DNA from: an uncultured Opitutia bacterium
Lineage (GTDB): Bacteria; Verrucomicrobiota; Verrucomicrobiia; Opitutales; UBA953
Length of the DNA stretch: 44,003 bases
Direction of reading: 5' to 3'
Assembly: GCA_903882335.1 (NCBI GenBank)
Contig: CAIRWP010000131.1
Location: 1-44,003 of the forward strand
Positions 17,788-25,650 of the stretch are shown piece by piece. Every line of letters starts with the position of its first letter. The stretch's first letter is position 1. The position numbers were made by a program, and so were the translations under genes. The notes below the pieces were generated by a model that was not told where the DNA came from, did no database searches, and saw only the letters and a list, made by a program, of their open reading frames with translations.

Positions 17788-19020
17788 TTAAGCCACCCGC
17801 AGCGTCAGCCGGAACTTCCCCGAATCCTCCGGGGCGATCCGGTCGGTGTCCGCCAAGGTGACGGGCCTTCCCAGCCTTTCAGTCAACCGCGCGGCCAGCA
17901 GCGGGTGGAGGGCGGAGAGGTTGCCGTTCGCGTGTTCCGGTAGCAGGGTGAGCTCCGCCGAGCCGTCGGCGGATTGGCGCAGTTGGTAGTGGGCGACGCC
18001 GGTGATGTCCTGGAAGCATCCGTCGACCATCCGGGTGGTGACCACGCGGCCGTCGGCGCCCCTCAGCGTATCGCGCAGGCGCCCGTGGACGATCCAGCGT
18101 CCGCCCGACCGCTCGGCGTGGTCTCCGATCTCGTAACGGACCAAGGGCAGGTACTCGTTGGTGAGGGTCGTCACGAGCAGCTGGCCCACGCCGCTTTCGT
18201 CGACGTCGGCCAGTTCGAGTTCCGCGGTCTCCGGGGAGCCGAGCATGCCACCGTCGGGGTGGTCGATCAGGAGGTGGCCGGTCTCGCTGGAGCCGTAAAG
18301 GTTGATGACCGGCACGCCGAAGACGCGCTCGAGGATGCGTCGGTGGACGACGCTGGCGTACTCGTAGCTGGTCAGGATGAACCGCAGGGAAGGGAAGCGG
18401 AGCCCGTGGCGTTCGCAGTGGAGCGCGAACCAGGCCCCGTGCACCGGGTCGACATCGAGGAAGGTCGGCGCCCAGGCCGCGGTCTCGGCCGCCATCTGCG
18501 CGAGTTTCTCCTCCGGGAGGGCGAACGGGATGCGCGACTGGTTGACGAACAGCGTCGAGCCGAGGGTGCGCTGCTCGACATTGAGCCAGCGGGCGAAGCA
18601 GCTGACACCGCTGCAACCGGGCGTGGTCAGCACCGCGCGTCGGGCCGCGGGATTGGCCGCAAGCAGGCCGGCGATCAGGGGGTGCCGTCGGAGAACCCTG
18701 GCCTCCTGCTCGGCCCACCAGGTCCGGCCGAAAATCACCCGCACGCTGGCCCCGGAGGTCCCGGAGGTGCTTTCTTCCTCAATTTCGCCGGACTTCTCCA
18801 AGGTCAGCAAATCGAAGCGCCGCGGCAGGAAATCGCCGGGCGAGTGCGCGCGTAACTCGGCCTTGGTGATCCGCGGCAGGTCTTCCAGCCGGGCTTCGGG
18901 GCGGGCCAGGGCCGACCGCCAATCCGGCCGTTCATAAAAAGGCACGCTGGCCGTGGCCGCCAAAGCCCGGTCGAGGCGGGAAGTGCGGTCGGAAGCGGAG
19001 GGGCGGAGGATTCCCGGCAT
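17788..19020 (-). CDS. Adenylate-forming enzyme of the phenylacetate-CoA ligase / F390 synthetase / CapK family
   Basis: 410 aa. AMP-binding P-loop-like STSGTSGASV, then YGSSETG and the C-terminal GKFRL. Substrate unknown. Confidence 0.7.
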   Translation of the reverse strand: MPGILRPSASDRTSRLDRALAATASVPFYERPDWRSALARPEARLEDLPRITKAELRAHSPGDFLPRRFDLLTLEKSGEIEEESTSGTSGASVRVIFGRTWWAEQEARVLRRHPLIAGLLAANPAARRAVLTTPGCSGVSCFARWLNVEQRTLGSTLFVNQSRIPFALPEEKLAQMAAETAAWAPTFLDVDPVHGAWFALHCERHGLRFPSLRFILTSYEYASVVHRRILERVFGVPVINLYGSSETGHLLIDHPDGGMLGSPETAELELADVDESGVGQLLVTTLTNEYLPLVRYEIGDHAERSGGRWIVHGRLRDTLRGADGRVVTTRMVDGCFQDITGVAHYQLRQSADGSAELTLLPEHANGNLSALHPLLAARLTERLGRPVTLADTDRIAPEDSGKFRLTLRVA

Positions 19021-19074
19021 GGCAAGCTCCCTAATCTAGTCCGATCTGCGTAAAAAGCAAAAGGCCGCGGCGGT

Positions 19075-19884
19075 TCAGCCGAGGATTTCCTCCTCCACGC
19101 GGTTGCGGAGGATCCCGATGCCGTCGATCTCGACCTCCATCACGTCACCGGGGCGGAGCCAGCTGGGCGGGACCTGCGCCATGCCGACGCCGGCGGGCGA
19201 GCCGGTGAGGATCACGGCGCCAGCGGGCAGGGTCGAACTGCCGGAGAGGAAGGCGATCAGGTCGGCGACCTTGAACTGCATCGACGACGTGTGGGCGTCC
19301 TGCCGCACCGCCCCGTTGAGTCGGAAGCGAAGCCGCAGGGACTGGGGGTCGCGGAGCTCGTCGGTCGTGACCAGGCAGGGCCCCAGCGGGCAGAACGTGT
19401 CGAAAGATTTGCCCCTCGTCCATTGGCCGCCGCTCCATTCCTTCTGCCAGTCCCGGGCGGAGACGTCATTGGCGCAGCAGTAGCCGAGCACGTGGTCGAG
19501 CGCCTGCGCCGGCGTGACGTTGCGGCAGTCGCGTCCGATGACCACCGCCAGCTCGCCCTCGTAATCCACCTTGTCGCTGCGCAGGAAACGCGGCAGGCGG
19601 ACGGCGGTCTCGTGACCCACGACGCTGGCCGGGCTCTTCATGAAGATGGTCGGGTGGGTCTGCTGCGTGGCCCCGAACTCCTTCGCGTGGTCGGCGTAGT
19701 TCACCCCGGCGCAGAAGATTGCCGTCGGCACGACGCAGGGCAGGGGGAGTCCTGGGCTGACGACCTGGGGAGTCGTCTGGAAGCGTCCACCGCGGAGAGT
19801 GACCTGACGCCAGGTGCCGTCGGGTTCGGCGATGGCCTGCACTGGCCGGCCGGTGAGCGTGTCCATGAAGGCGTAGACTTTCAT
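19075..19884 (-). CDS. Fumarylacetoacetate hydrolase (FAH) family protein
   Basis: The ATG at 19884 gives MKVYAFMD...; a GTG at 19893 is an alternative start. FAH-domain motifs GVNYADHAKE, DYEGELAVVIG and LTGSPAGVG are present. Confidence 0.8.
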   Translation of the reverse strand: MKVYAFMDTLTGRPVQAIAEPDGTWRQVTLRGGRFQTTPQVVSPGLPLPCVVPTAIFCAGVNYADHAKEFGATQQTHPTIFMKSPASVVGHETAVRLPRFLRSDKVDYEGELAVVIGRDCRNVTPAQALDHVLGYCCANDVSARDWQKEWSGGQWTRGKSFDTFCPLGPCLVTTDELRDPQSLRLRFRLNGAVRQDAHTSSMQFKVADLIAFLSGSSTLPAGAVILTGSPAGVGMAQVPPSWLRPGDVMEVEIDGIGILRNRVEEEILG

Positions 19885-20023
19885 CGTCGTCACCCTTGCA
19901 GTGGGCGTGCCGAAAGGCGAACTCCCGTTCTAAACGGAAGTTTCTGGGCATTTAGGCATGATTTGTGCCCATCAGTAACTATCCGGGGTTGTCGTGTGTC
20001 GAGTTTTGGCCCTACCTACCCCC

Positions 20024-21313
20024 ATGCGATTGCCCCGTCGTTCCTTCCTGCGCAAAGCGGCTGTTGCCGCCGTCGGTTTCACCATCATCCCCCGCCATGT
20101 GCTGGGGCGCGGTTTCGTCCCGCCGAGCGAGACGTTGAACCACGTCATCGTCGGTTGCGGCGGCATCTCCGGCTCCGGGGCTCACTTCGGCGACCATATG
20201 AAAGGCGCCCATCGGGTGCTCGCGGTGTGCGACGTCGATGACAACCACGCCCGGAACCGCGTGAACCAGGTCAAGGCCGCCGGCGGCAATACCCCGCTCA
20301 GCACGCGCGATTTCCGCGAGGTCATCGGCCTCGCCGACGCCGACGTGGTGCACGTCTGCACGCCGCCCCATTGGCATGGCGTCATCGCCGCCCAGGCGGC
20401 GCGCGCCGGCAAGGCCGTCTGGTGCGAGAAGCCCCTGACCCGCACAATCGGCGAGGGTCTCGCCCTGCGCAAGGTCGTGCAGGAGACCCGCGTGCCGTTC
20501 CGCGTGAACACCTGGTTCCGCCTCAATCGCACCAACTACTACGGCGTCGGTCCCGCCCGCGACATCCGTCGCGTGGTCGCCAGCGGCGTCCTCGGCGGCC
20601 CGCTGACCGTGCGCCTCGCCTGCGTCGGCGGCATCGCCTGGAAGGTGAACCTCTGGGTCGGCAAGCCTAACCTCGAGCCCCAGCCGGTCCCCGCCCACCT
20701 CGATTGGGACATGTATTGCGGCCCGTCGCAGCTGATCCCCTACCACCCGCACCGCGCCCACGGTTCGTTCCGCGGTTACTGGAATTTCGACCAGGGCGGT
20801 CTGGGTGACATGGGCCAGCACTTCCTCGATCCGGTCCAGTACTTCCTCGGCAAGGACAAGGAGTTCCCGGTGTCCGTTGAAGCCGATGCCCCGGCGCAGG
20901 ACGCCATGGCCTGCGGCGTCTGGAAGACCGTGACGCTCACCTACGCCGACGGCACCCGCATCATCCTCGAGTCCGAGCTCGCCGAGCGCGGCGAGAAGCC
21001 GTTCATCGAGGGACCGAACGGCAAGCTCTTCGCCAACCTGCGCTCCGACCGTCCCGAGCTCATCCGACAGGCGATGGAATTCCCGCTGCCCGAGTACCAA
21101 GAGGACGACTTCGACGCCTGCGTGCGCGAGAAGCGTCCGTTCGGCTACGGCGTCGACGAGGCCTTCCACAGTTCGACCATCGTCAACCTCGCGGCCCTCG
21201 CCGTCCGCCTGGGTCGTCCGCTTAAGTTCAAGCCCGACGGCTCCGGTTTCATCGGTGACGCCCAGGCCGACCGGCTCCACTCGCCCGTGCTGCGCGGGCC
21301 TTGGTCGATCTAA
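20024..21313 (+). CDS. Tat-exported Gfo/Idh/MocA-family oxidoreductase
   Basis: The ATG at 20024 gives MRLPRRSFLRKAAVAAVGFTI, a twin-arginine signal. A Rossmann-like HVIVGCGGISG and the CEKPL motif follow. Confidence 0.8.
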   Translation: MRLPRRSFLRKAAVAAVGFTIIPRHVLGRGFVPPSETLNHVIVGCGGISGSGAHFGDHMKGAHRVLAVCDVDDNHARNRVNQVKAAGGNTPLSTRDFREVIGLADADVVHVCTPPHWHGVIAAQAARAGKAVWCEKPLTRTIGEGLALRKVVQETRVPFRVNTWFRLNRTNYYGVGPARDIRRVVASGVLGGPLTVRLACVGGIAWKVNLWVGKPNLEPQPVPAHLDWDMYCGPSQLIPYHPHRAHGSFRGYWNFDQGGLGDMGQHFLDPVQYFLGKDKEFPVSVEADAPAQDAMACGVWKTVTLTYADGTRIILESELAERGEKPFIEGPNGKLFANLRSDRPELIRQAMEFPLPEYQEDDFDACVREKRPFGYGVDEAFHSSTIVNLAALAVRLGRPLKFKPDGSGFIGDAQADRLHSPVLRGPWSI

Positions 21314-21331
21314 CCACCGACTTCCTTCCTC

Positions 21332-22264
21332 ATGAAATTTTCCCTGTCCCTTCTGCTGCTCGCCGCCGCGACCTTCGCGGCGGACCCGGCCAAGCCCACC
21401 GCCAAGGCCGCGGCCAAGCCGGCCGCGAGCAAGGCTGCGCCGAACCCGGAGCAGCTGGCCGCCGCCGCCCGCGTCCAGGCCATGCAGGAAATGGTCAACG
21501 CCGCCCGGCGTTTCCCGGCCGCCACGCCGGAAGCAAAGGCTTTCTTCGATCAGCTCCGCGCCCAGCGCACCGCCGCCGCCGATCCCGAGGCGCGCGCCGC
21601 CCTCGACCAGGCCTTGGCGATGGATCCCGCCGTCGCGGTCCGCCTGCCGCTCAGCGAAGCTCCCGTGAAGGCCGTCGAACTCCCGGCCGGTACCACGTCG
21701 GAGACCAAACTGGCCGAACTGGAACGCCAGCTCGACCTCGGGCAGTCGCCCCGTGCGCTGTCCGCGGCGGAGCTCGTCCCGCTCGCCGCCGGCGAGGACT
21801 TCGCCGCCGCCCATCGCGCCGCGCGCCTCCTGCGTCGCGTCGACCCGGCCGCCGCGGCCCCCGTGCTCTGGCAGCGCCTCGCCAAGCTCACCTCGCGCGA
21901 GCAGGTGCAGCTGACGGAGGATGAGCTCCTGCGTCTGCCCGTGAAGTTCGCCGGCACCGGCGCCCCCGCCGCTCCGTCGGGTTCCTCGGCCGCGAAGGCC
22001 GCTTTCCTGCGGGTCTCCGCCGTGCGTGCCTCGGTGGCGCTGTCCAAGGAGGCCTTGCTCCCGCTCCTCAAGTCGACCACCGCCAACGAACTCAACGAAG
22101 CCGCCTGGGAGGCGGTGCCCCGCGTTTTCGCGCGCACCGATCGTCCGGCGCTCGAGGCCGCCGCCAAGGATCTCCTCGAGGCCGCCGCCAAGGCCCGCGA
22201 GGCGAAAACCGAGCCCGGTCGTCTTTACCCGAAGGCCAAGGCCGCGCTCGACGCCTTGCGCTGA
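21332..22264 (+). CDS. Hypothetical secreted Ala-rich helical (HEAT-like) protein
   Basis: 310 aa. Signal peptide MKFSLSLLLLAAATFA. The rest is Ala/Leu/Pro-rich helical repeats. It starts 18 bp after the oxidoreductase gene. Confidence 0.55.
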   Translation: MKFSLSLLLLAAATFAADPAKPTAKAAAKPAASKAAPNPEQLAAAARVQAMQEMVNAARRFPAATPEAKAFFDQLRAQRTAAADPEARAALDQALAMDPAVAVRLPLSEAPVKAVELPAGTTSETKLAELERQLDLGQSPRALSAAELVPLAAGEDFAAAHRAARLLRRVDPAAAAPVLWQRLAKLTSREQVQLTEDELLRLPVKFAGTGAPAAPSGSSAAKAAFLRVSAVRASVALSKEALLPLLKSTTANELNEAAWEAVPRVFARTDRPALEAAAKDLLEAAAKAREAKTEPGRLYPKAKAALDALR

Positions 22265-22324
22265 GCGGTTCCCCCGCGCGATTGTCGCTTGCCCCGCCGA
22301 GGCCTTGGGCCTTGCAATGAGGGC

Positions 22325-22897
22325 ATGTCGCCCGCTGCCACCAAGGATGCCGCGCCCAACCTGCTGCTCGCGGGTTTCATGGGCACCGGCAAGTCCGCGC
22401 TCGGCCGGCAGCTCGCCAAGCGCTGGCGCCGCCCGTTCCTCGACACCGACGAACTGGTCGAGAAACTCGCCGGCACCAGCATCGCCGATATTTTCGCGGA
22501 GCACGGCGAGGAACATTTCCGCGCCCTGGAGCGCCAGGTCGTCGAGTCCCTGCTCCCCGCGGAGGGGGCCGTCATCGCCTGCGGCGGCGGGCTCGTCGTC
22601 CCGCCCGGCATGGGCGAGCTCGTCCGCAGCAAGGGAGTGGTCATCACGCTCTTCGCCTCCGTCGACACCATCCTCCGCCGCACCTCCGGCAACAACCGGC
22701 GCCCCCTGCTCAAGGGGGACGACCCCGAGGCCCGCATCCGCGAGCTGATGAAGAAGCGCGAGCAGGCCTACCTGCAGGCCGGCATCGCGGTCTACACCGA
22801 CGGCCGCTCCCTGCAGCAGCTTTGCGTGATCGTCGAGCGGGTCTACCAGCGTGAGGTGCGAGCCGCCCTCAAGGGCCCGGGTAAGCGTCGGGATTGA
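22325..22897 (+). CDS. aroK: Shikimate kinase
   Basis: The ATG at 22325 gives MSPAATKDAAPNLLLAGFMGTGKSALGRQLA (Walker A), followed by FLDTDELVE and GGGLV. The C-terminal tail overlaps the aat 3' end. Confidence 0.85.
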   Translation: MSPAATKDAAPNLLLAGFMGTGKSALGRQLAKRWRRPFLDTDELVEKLAGTSIADIFAEHGEEHFRALERQVVESLLPAEGAVIACGGGLVVPPGMGELVRSKGVVITLFASVDTILRRTSGNNRRPLLKGDDPEARIRELMKKREQAYLQAGIAVYTDGRSLQQLCVIVERVYQREVRAALKGPGKRRD

Positions 22898-23552
22898 ACC
22901 ACGGGTCGCCCGTCGGGGGGAGGTCGCGCTGCGCCCGCAGGCAGGCCAGGAAGTCAGCGCGCCGCACCGCGAAGGCCCCGAGGCTCGCGAGGTGCTCGGT
23001 CGGCATCTGGCAGTCGACGAGCACGAAGCCGGAGGCCAGCAGACGTTCCACCAGCCGGACAAAACCGACCTTCGAGGCGTCGCTGCGCCGGTGGAACATG
23101 GACTCGCCGTGGAAGACCCGGCCGACGGCCACGCCGTAGAGTCCGCCGACGAGCTCGCCGTGCCAGCGGACCTCGACGCTATGGGCATGTCCGGCGCGGT
23201 GTAGGGCGACGTAGGCGGCGATCATCTCATCGGTGATCCAGGTGCCGTCCTGCCCGGGGCGCGGCGCAGCGGCGCAGGCCCGCATCACGCCCGCGAAGTC
23301 CTGGTCGAAGGTGACCGTCCAGCCCGGCTTGCGCAACGTGCGGCGCAGGCTGTCGGTGACGCGCAGTTCCCCCGGGAGCAGGACGAAGCGAGGGTCGGGG
23401 CACCACCAGGCCACCGGGTCGCCCTCGGAGTACCAAGGAAAAATCCCGGAGCGGTAGGCCGCGAGCAAGGCGACCTCGTCAAGCGGACCCCCGGTCGCCA
23501 AGGGCGAACGGGCAGGGGCCTTGGCCGGGTCGCCTCGGGTCCATTCGGTCAT
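22869..23552 (-). CDS. aat: Leucyl/phenylalanyl-tRNA--protein transferase
   Basis: 227 aa. [10 protein letters not shown]...[10 protein letters not shown]...[27 protein letters not shown]...[20 protein letters not shown] matches Aat along its length. Confidence 0.9.
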   Translation of the reverse strand: [227 protein letters not shown]

Positions 23553-23590
23553 CGGCCGTCATCAAGCGGCGACCGAGGCACGGGGCAAGT

Positions 23591-23926
23591 TCAGTCCTTG
23601 GTGATATTGTAGACCGAAGGGATCGAGATCCCGAGCTCGGCCGCGATCTCGCGGACGGGGACGTCCTTCTTCCGGAGGGCCTTGGCCTTGGAGCGCATCG
23701 CTTCGCTGATCTGGGCGCGGGCGCGATTCGGGCGGGACAGTAGCTTGACGAGCCGGCGGGCCAGTTCGTTCTTGGAAAGGGAGGAGACCTCGCGCTCGAT
23801 CAGGGAGCGGCGTTCGGTGTGCTCATCCTCCCAGGCCTGGACGGCCAGGTCGCGGGCCCTGGAAAGGGCGGCGCGGACATAGGCGTCCTTCGAGGTGAAG
23901 GTGCTAGGGTCGAGGTCGATTTTCAT
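23591..23926 (-). CDS. Small hypothetical protein with C-terminal helix-turn-helix
   Basis: The ATG at 23926 gives MKIDLDPSTF..., 111 aa. The ORF-track start at 23980 is a TTG. The N-terminal part looks helical or coiled. The C-terminal VPVREIAAELGISIPSVYNITKD resembles resolvase/Hin-type HTH motifs. Confidence 0.55.
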   Translation of the reverse strand: MKIDLDPSTFTSKDAYVRAALSRARDLAVQAWEDEHTERRSLIEREVSSLSKNELARRLVKLLSRPNRARAQISEAMRSKAKALRKKDVPVREIAAELGISIPSVYNITKD

Positions 23927-24078
23927 GGAAAGGGACGGGGTTTTAGGACGGGAAACGAAGCGGCTAGGTCGATTTGTCAAACAATTGTTAATCGCAAGTT
24001 TTATAATAAATGGGAAAAGTCAAACCATGGGTACGCATTACGTCCCAGAATTTCCCTTAATGTTCCCTTAAGATTTTC
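23927..24078 (-). promoter_or_regulatory. AT-rich intergenic island with palindrome and direct repeats (putative promoter/operator of the HTH gene; nadA 3' region)
   Basis: Hand count gives about 35% G+C over 23971-24080, in a ~2/3 G+C context. There is a perfect 10-bp palindrome AACAATTGTT at 23980-23989. GTCAAAC occurs twice (about 23975 and 24020). TTCCCTTAA is repeated in tandem at 24052-24060 and 24063-24071 (11-bp period). Confidence 0.4.
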
Positions 24079-25059
24079 CTAGCGGCTCCACTCCAGCATC
24101 CGTCGAAGCGGTATCTCCGCGGCGGCGCGCACATCCTCCGGGAGGGTGATTTCGGGGGTGCCGTTTAACAGGCAGTCCCGGACCTTCTCCAAGGTGTTCA
24201 TCTTCATGAACCGGCATTCGTTGCAGGAGCAGCGGTCCGTCGGCGCGGCCACGAAGGTCTTGCCCGGCACTTCCTTGCGGAGGCGATGGATCATACCCGC
24301 CTCGGTGGTGATGATGAGGGTGTCGGCGGTCTGGCGCCTGCACCAGTCGACCATCAGCTCGGTGGAGCAGACCATGTCCGCCATCTCGCGGACGGCCTCG
24401 GTGCACTCGGGGTGGGCGACGACGGGCGCGCCCGGATGGGCGGCCTTGGCCCGGAGCAAGGCGCCCGGCGTGAACTGCACGTGGGCGTAGCAGTTGCCTG
24501 GCCAGAGCTGCATCGCCCGGCCGGTCTTGCCGGAGACCCAGCGTCCGAGGTTCTGGTCCGGCACGAAGAGGATGCGGCGGTCGGCGGGGACCTGGCCCAC
24601 GATCTTGCTGGCGTTGCCGCTGGTCACGATGACGTCCGAGAGCGCCTTCACCGCCGCGCTGCAGTTGATGTAGGCGACGACGTAGAGCGACGGGTCGGCC
24701 GCCTTCAGCGCGGCGAGTTTGTCGGCCGGGCAGGAGTCGGCGAGCGAGCAACCCGCCTCGAGGTCGGGCAGGAGCACCCGGCGCGTCGGGTTCACGATCT
24801 TGGCGGTCTCCGCCATGAAATGCACGCCGCAGAAGACGATGGTGGAGTTTTGCGCGGAGGCGGCCTTGTAGGCGAGGCCGAGCGAATCGCCGACGAAATC
24901 GGCCACGCCCTGGATGTCTTCGCACTGGTAATTGTGCGCGAGGATCAGCGCGTCCTTCGCCTGCTTGAGCGCGAGCACCTCGCGCTGCAGGGCGGACAAC
25001 GGCGTGCCGCCGGCGGGCAGGGGAGGGAAGACGGAGGCGACGGGGTAGGCGGGGCTCAT
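24079..25059 (-). CDS. nadA: Quinolinate synthase A
   Basis: The ATG at 25059 gives MSPAYPV... Motifs ILAHNYQ, VHFMAETAKI, PDQNLG, AHPEC and CSCNECRFMK are NadA hallmarks. The ORF-track extension to 25167 overlaps the Fur-like gene. Confidence 0.9.
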   Translation of the reverse strand: MSPAYPVASVFPPLPAGGTPLSALQREVLALKQAKDALILAHNYQCEDIQGVADFVGDSLGLAYKAASAQNSTIVFCGVHFMAETAKIVNPTRRVLLPDLEAGCSLADSCPADKLAALKAADPSLYVVAYINCSAAVKALSDVIVTSGNASKIVGQVPADRRILFVPDQNLGRWVSGKTGRAMQLWPGNCYAHVQFTPGALLRAKAAHPGAPVVAHPECTEAVREMADMVCSTELMVDWCRRQTADTLIITTEAGMIHRLRKEVPGKTFVAAPTDRCSCNECRFMKMNTLEKVRDCLLNGTPEITLPEDVRAAAEIPLRRMLEWSR

Positions 25060-25529
25060 GGGCGGTGGGTCCGGCGTTTCTGGCAGCGGTCGCAGAGCGC
25101 GGTGACCTGAAGTTTCTGGGAGATGGGGCGCATGCCGTGCTTCGCGGCCACGGCCTTGCCGTACCACTCCATGAACGGGGCCTCGACCTCAACGATGGTG
25201 TCGCACCCCTCGCACACGAGCTGGGCGCGGAAGTTGGTCGGGCCGACCTCCGCCAGGTAGTACTTATGGTCGCGGCCGACGTCGACCTCGCGGATCACCG
25301 CGCTGCCGACAAGCAAGGGGAGCGCCCGGTAGATCGTTGCGCGGGAGACGGTGCGGTCGAGCGAGCGGGCCTTCTTCAGTAGGTCCTCGGCGGTGTAATG
25401 GCCGGGGAGGGTCCGGGCCGCCTCGAAGACGGCCATGCGCTGGCGGGTGGCCCGCAGACCTTTTTCCGCGATGTAGGTGCGGAAGGCGCGGGATTGTTCC
25501 GTGGTTTCTGGGGGCGTCGACTTGGGCAT
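25056..25529 (-). CDS. Fur-family transcriptional regulator (atypical: lacks the His-rich sensing motif)
   Basis: 157 aa. Winged-helix region RATRQRMAVFEA...ATIYRALPLLV. Two CxxC pairs (CEGC and CDRC) are present. The stop overlaps the nadA ATG (ATGA at 25056-25059). Confidence 0.8.
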   Translation of the reverse strand: MPKSTPPETTEQSRAFRTYIAEKGLRATRQRMAVFEAARTLPGHYTAEDLLKKARSLDRTVSRATIYRALPLLVGSAVIREVDVGRDHKYYLAEVGPTNFRAQLVCEGCDTIVEVEAPFMEWYGKAVAAKHGMRPISQKLQVTALCDRCQKRRTHRP

Positions 25530-25587
25530 CCGCTTTTGAGACTGTTTTGATACCGTCCGCGGCAGCCGTCAAGCGTGGGACGAGTCA

Positions 25588-25616
25588 TTGACACCGAGGC
25601 CTCGCACCCCTTCATT
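25588..25616 (+). promoter_or_regulatory. Possible sigma70-like promoter of the DAHP synthase operon (TTGACA, 17-nt spacer, TTCATT)
   Basis: TTGACA at 25588-25593, a 17-nt spacer, and TTCATT at 25611-25616, about 35 nt before the ATG at 25651. The -10 is weak. Confidence 0.25.
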
Positions 25617-25650
25617 TGAGCCTCTTTTCCCTCGGGAAAGGCCCACCACG

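Noticed and set aside
20012-23188. Longest ORF in the track (1058 aa, minus strand).
   Set aside because: It is antisense to four well-supported plus-strand genes (oxidoreductase, secreted protein, aroK and part of aat on the other frame). Its G/A/R/L/D/E-rich low-complexity composition is typical of stop-free shadow frames in high-GC DNA. No motifs were seen.
23971-24080. AT-rich island considered as a replication origin (DUE plus DnaA boxes) or a dif/Xer site.
   Set aside because: There is no TTATCCACA-like DnaA box on either strand, and no CATAA-N6-TTATG-type dif core. The only inverted CATTA/TAATG pair is 17 nt apart. No dnaA, dnaN or xer genes are nearby.
25530-25650. NAD+ riboswitch (nadA motif) or a canonical Fur box upstream of the fur-like/nadA operon.
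   Set aside because: I could not find the conserved riboswitch core or a GATAATGATAATCATTATC-like palindrome by eye. Only weak promoter-like hexamers are present.
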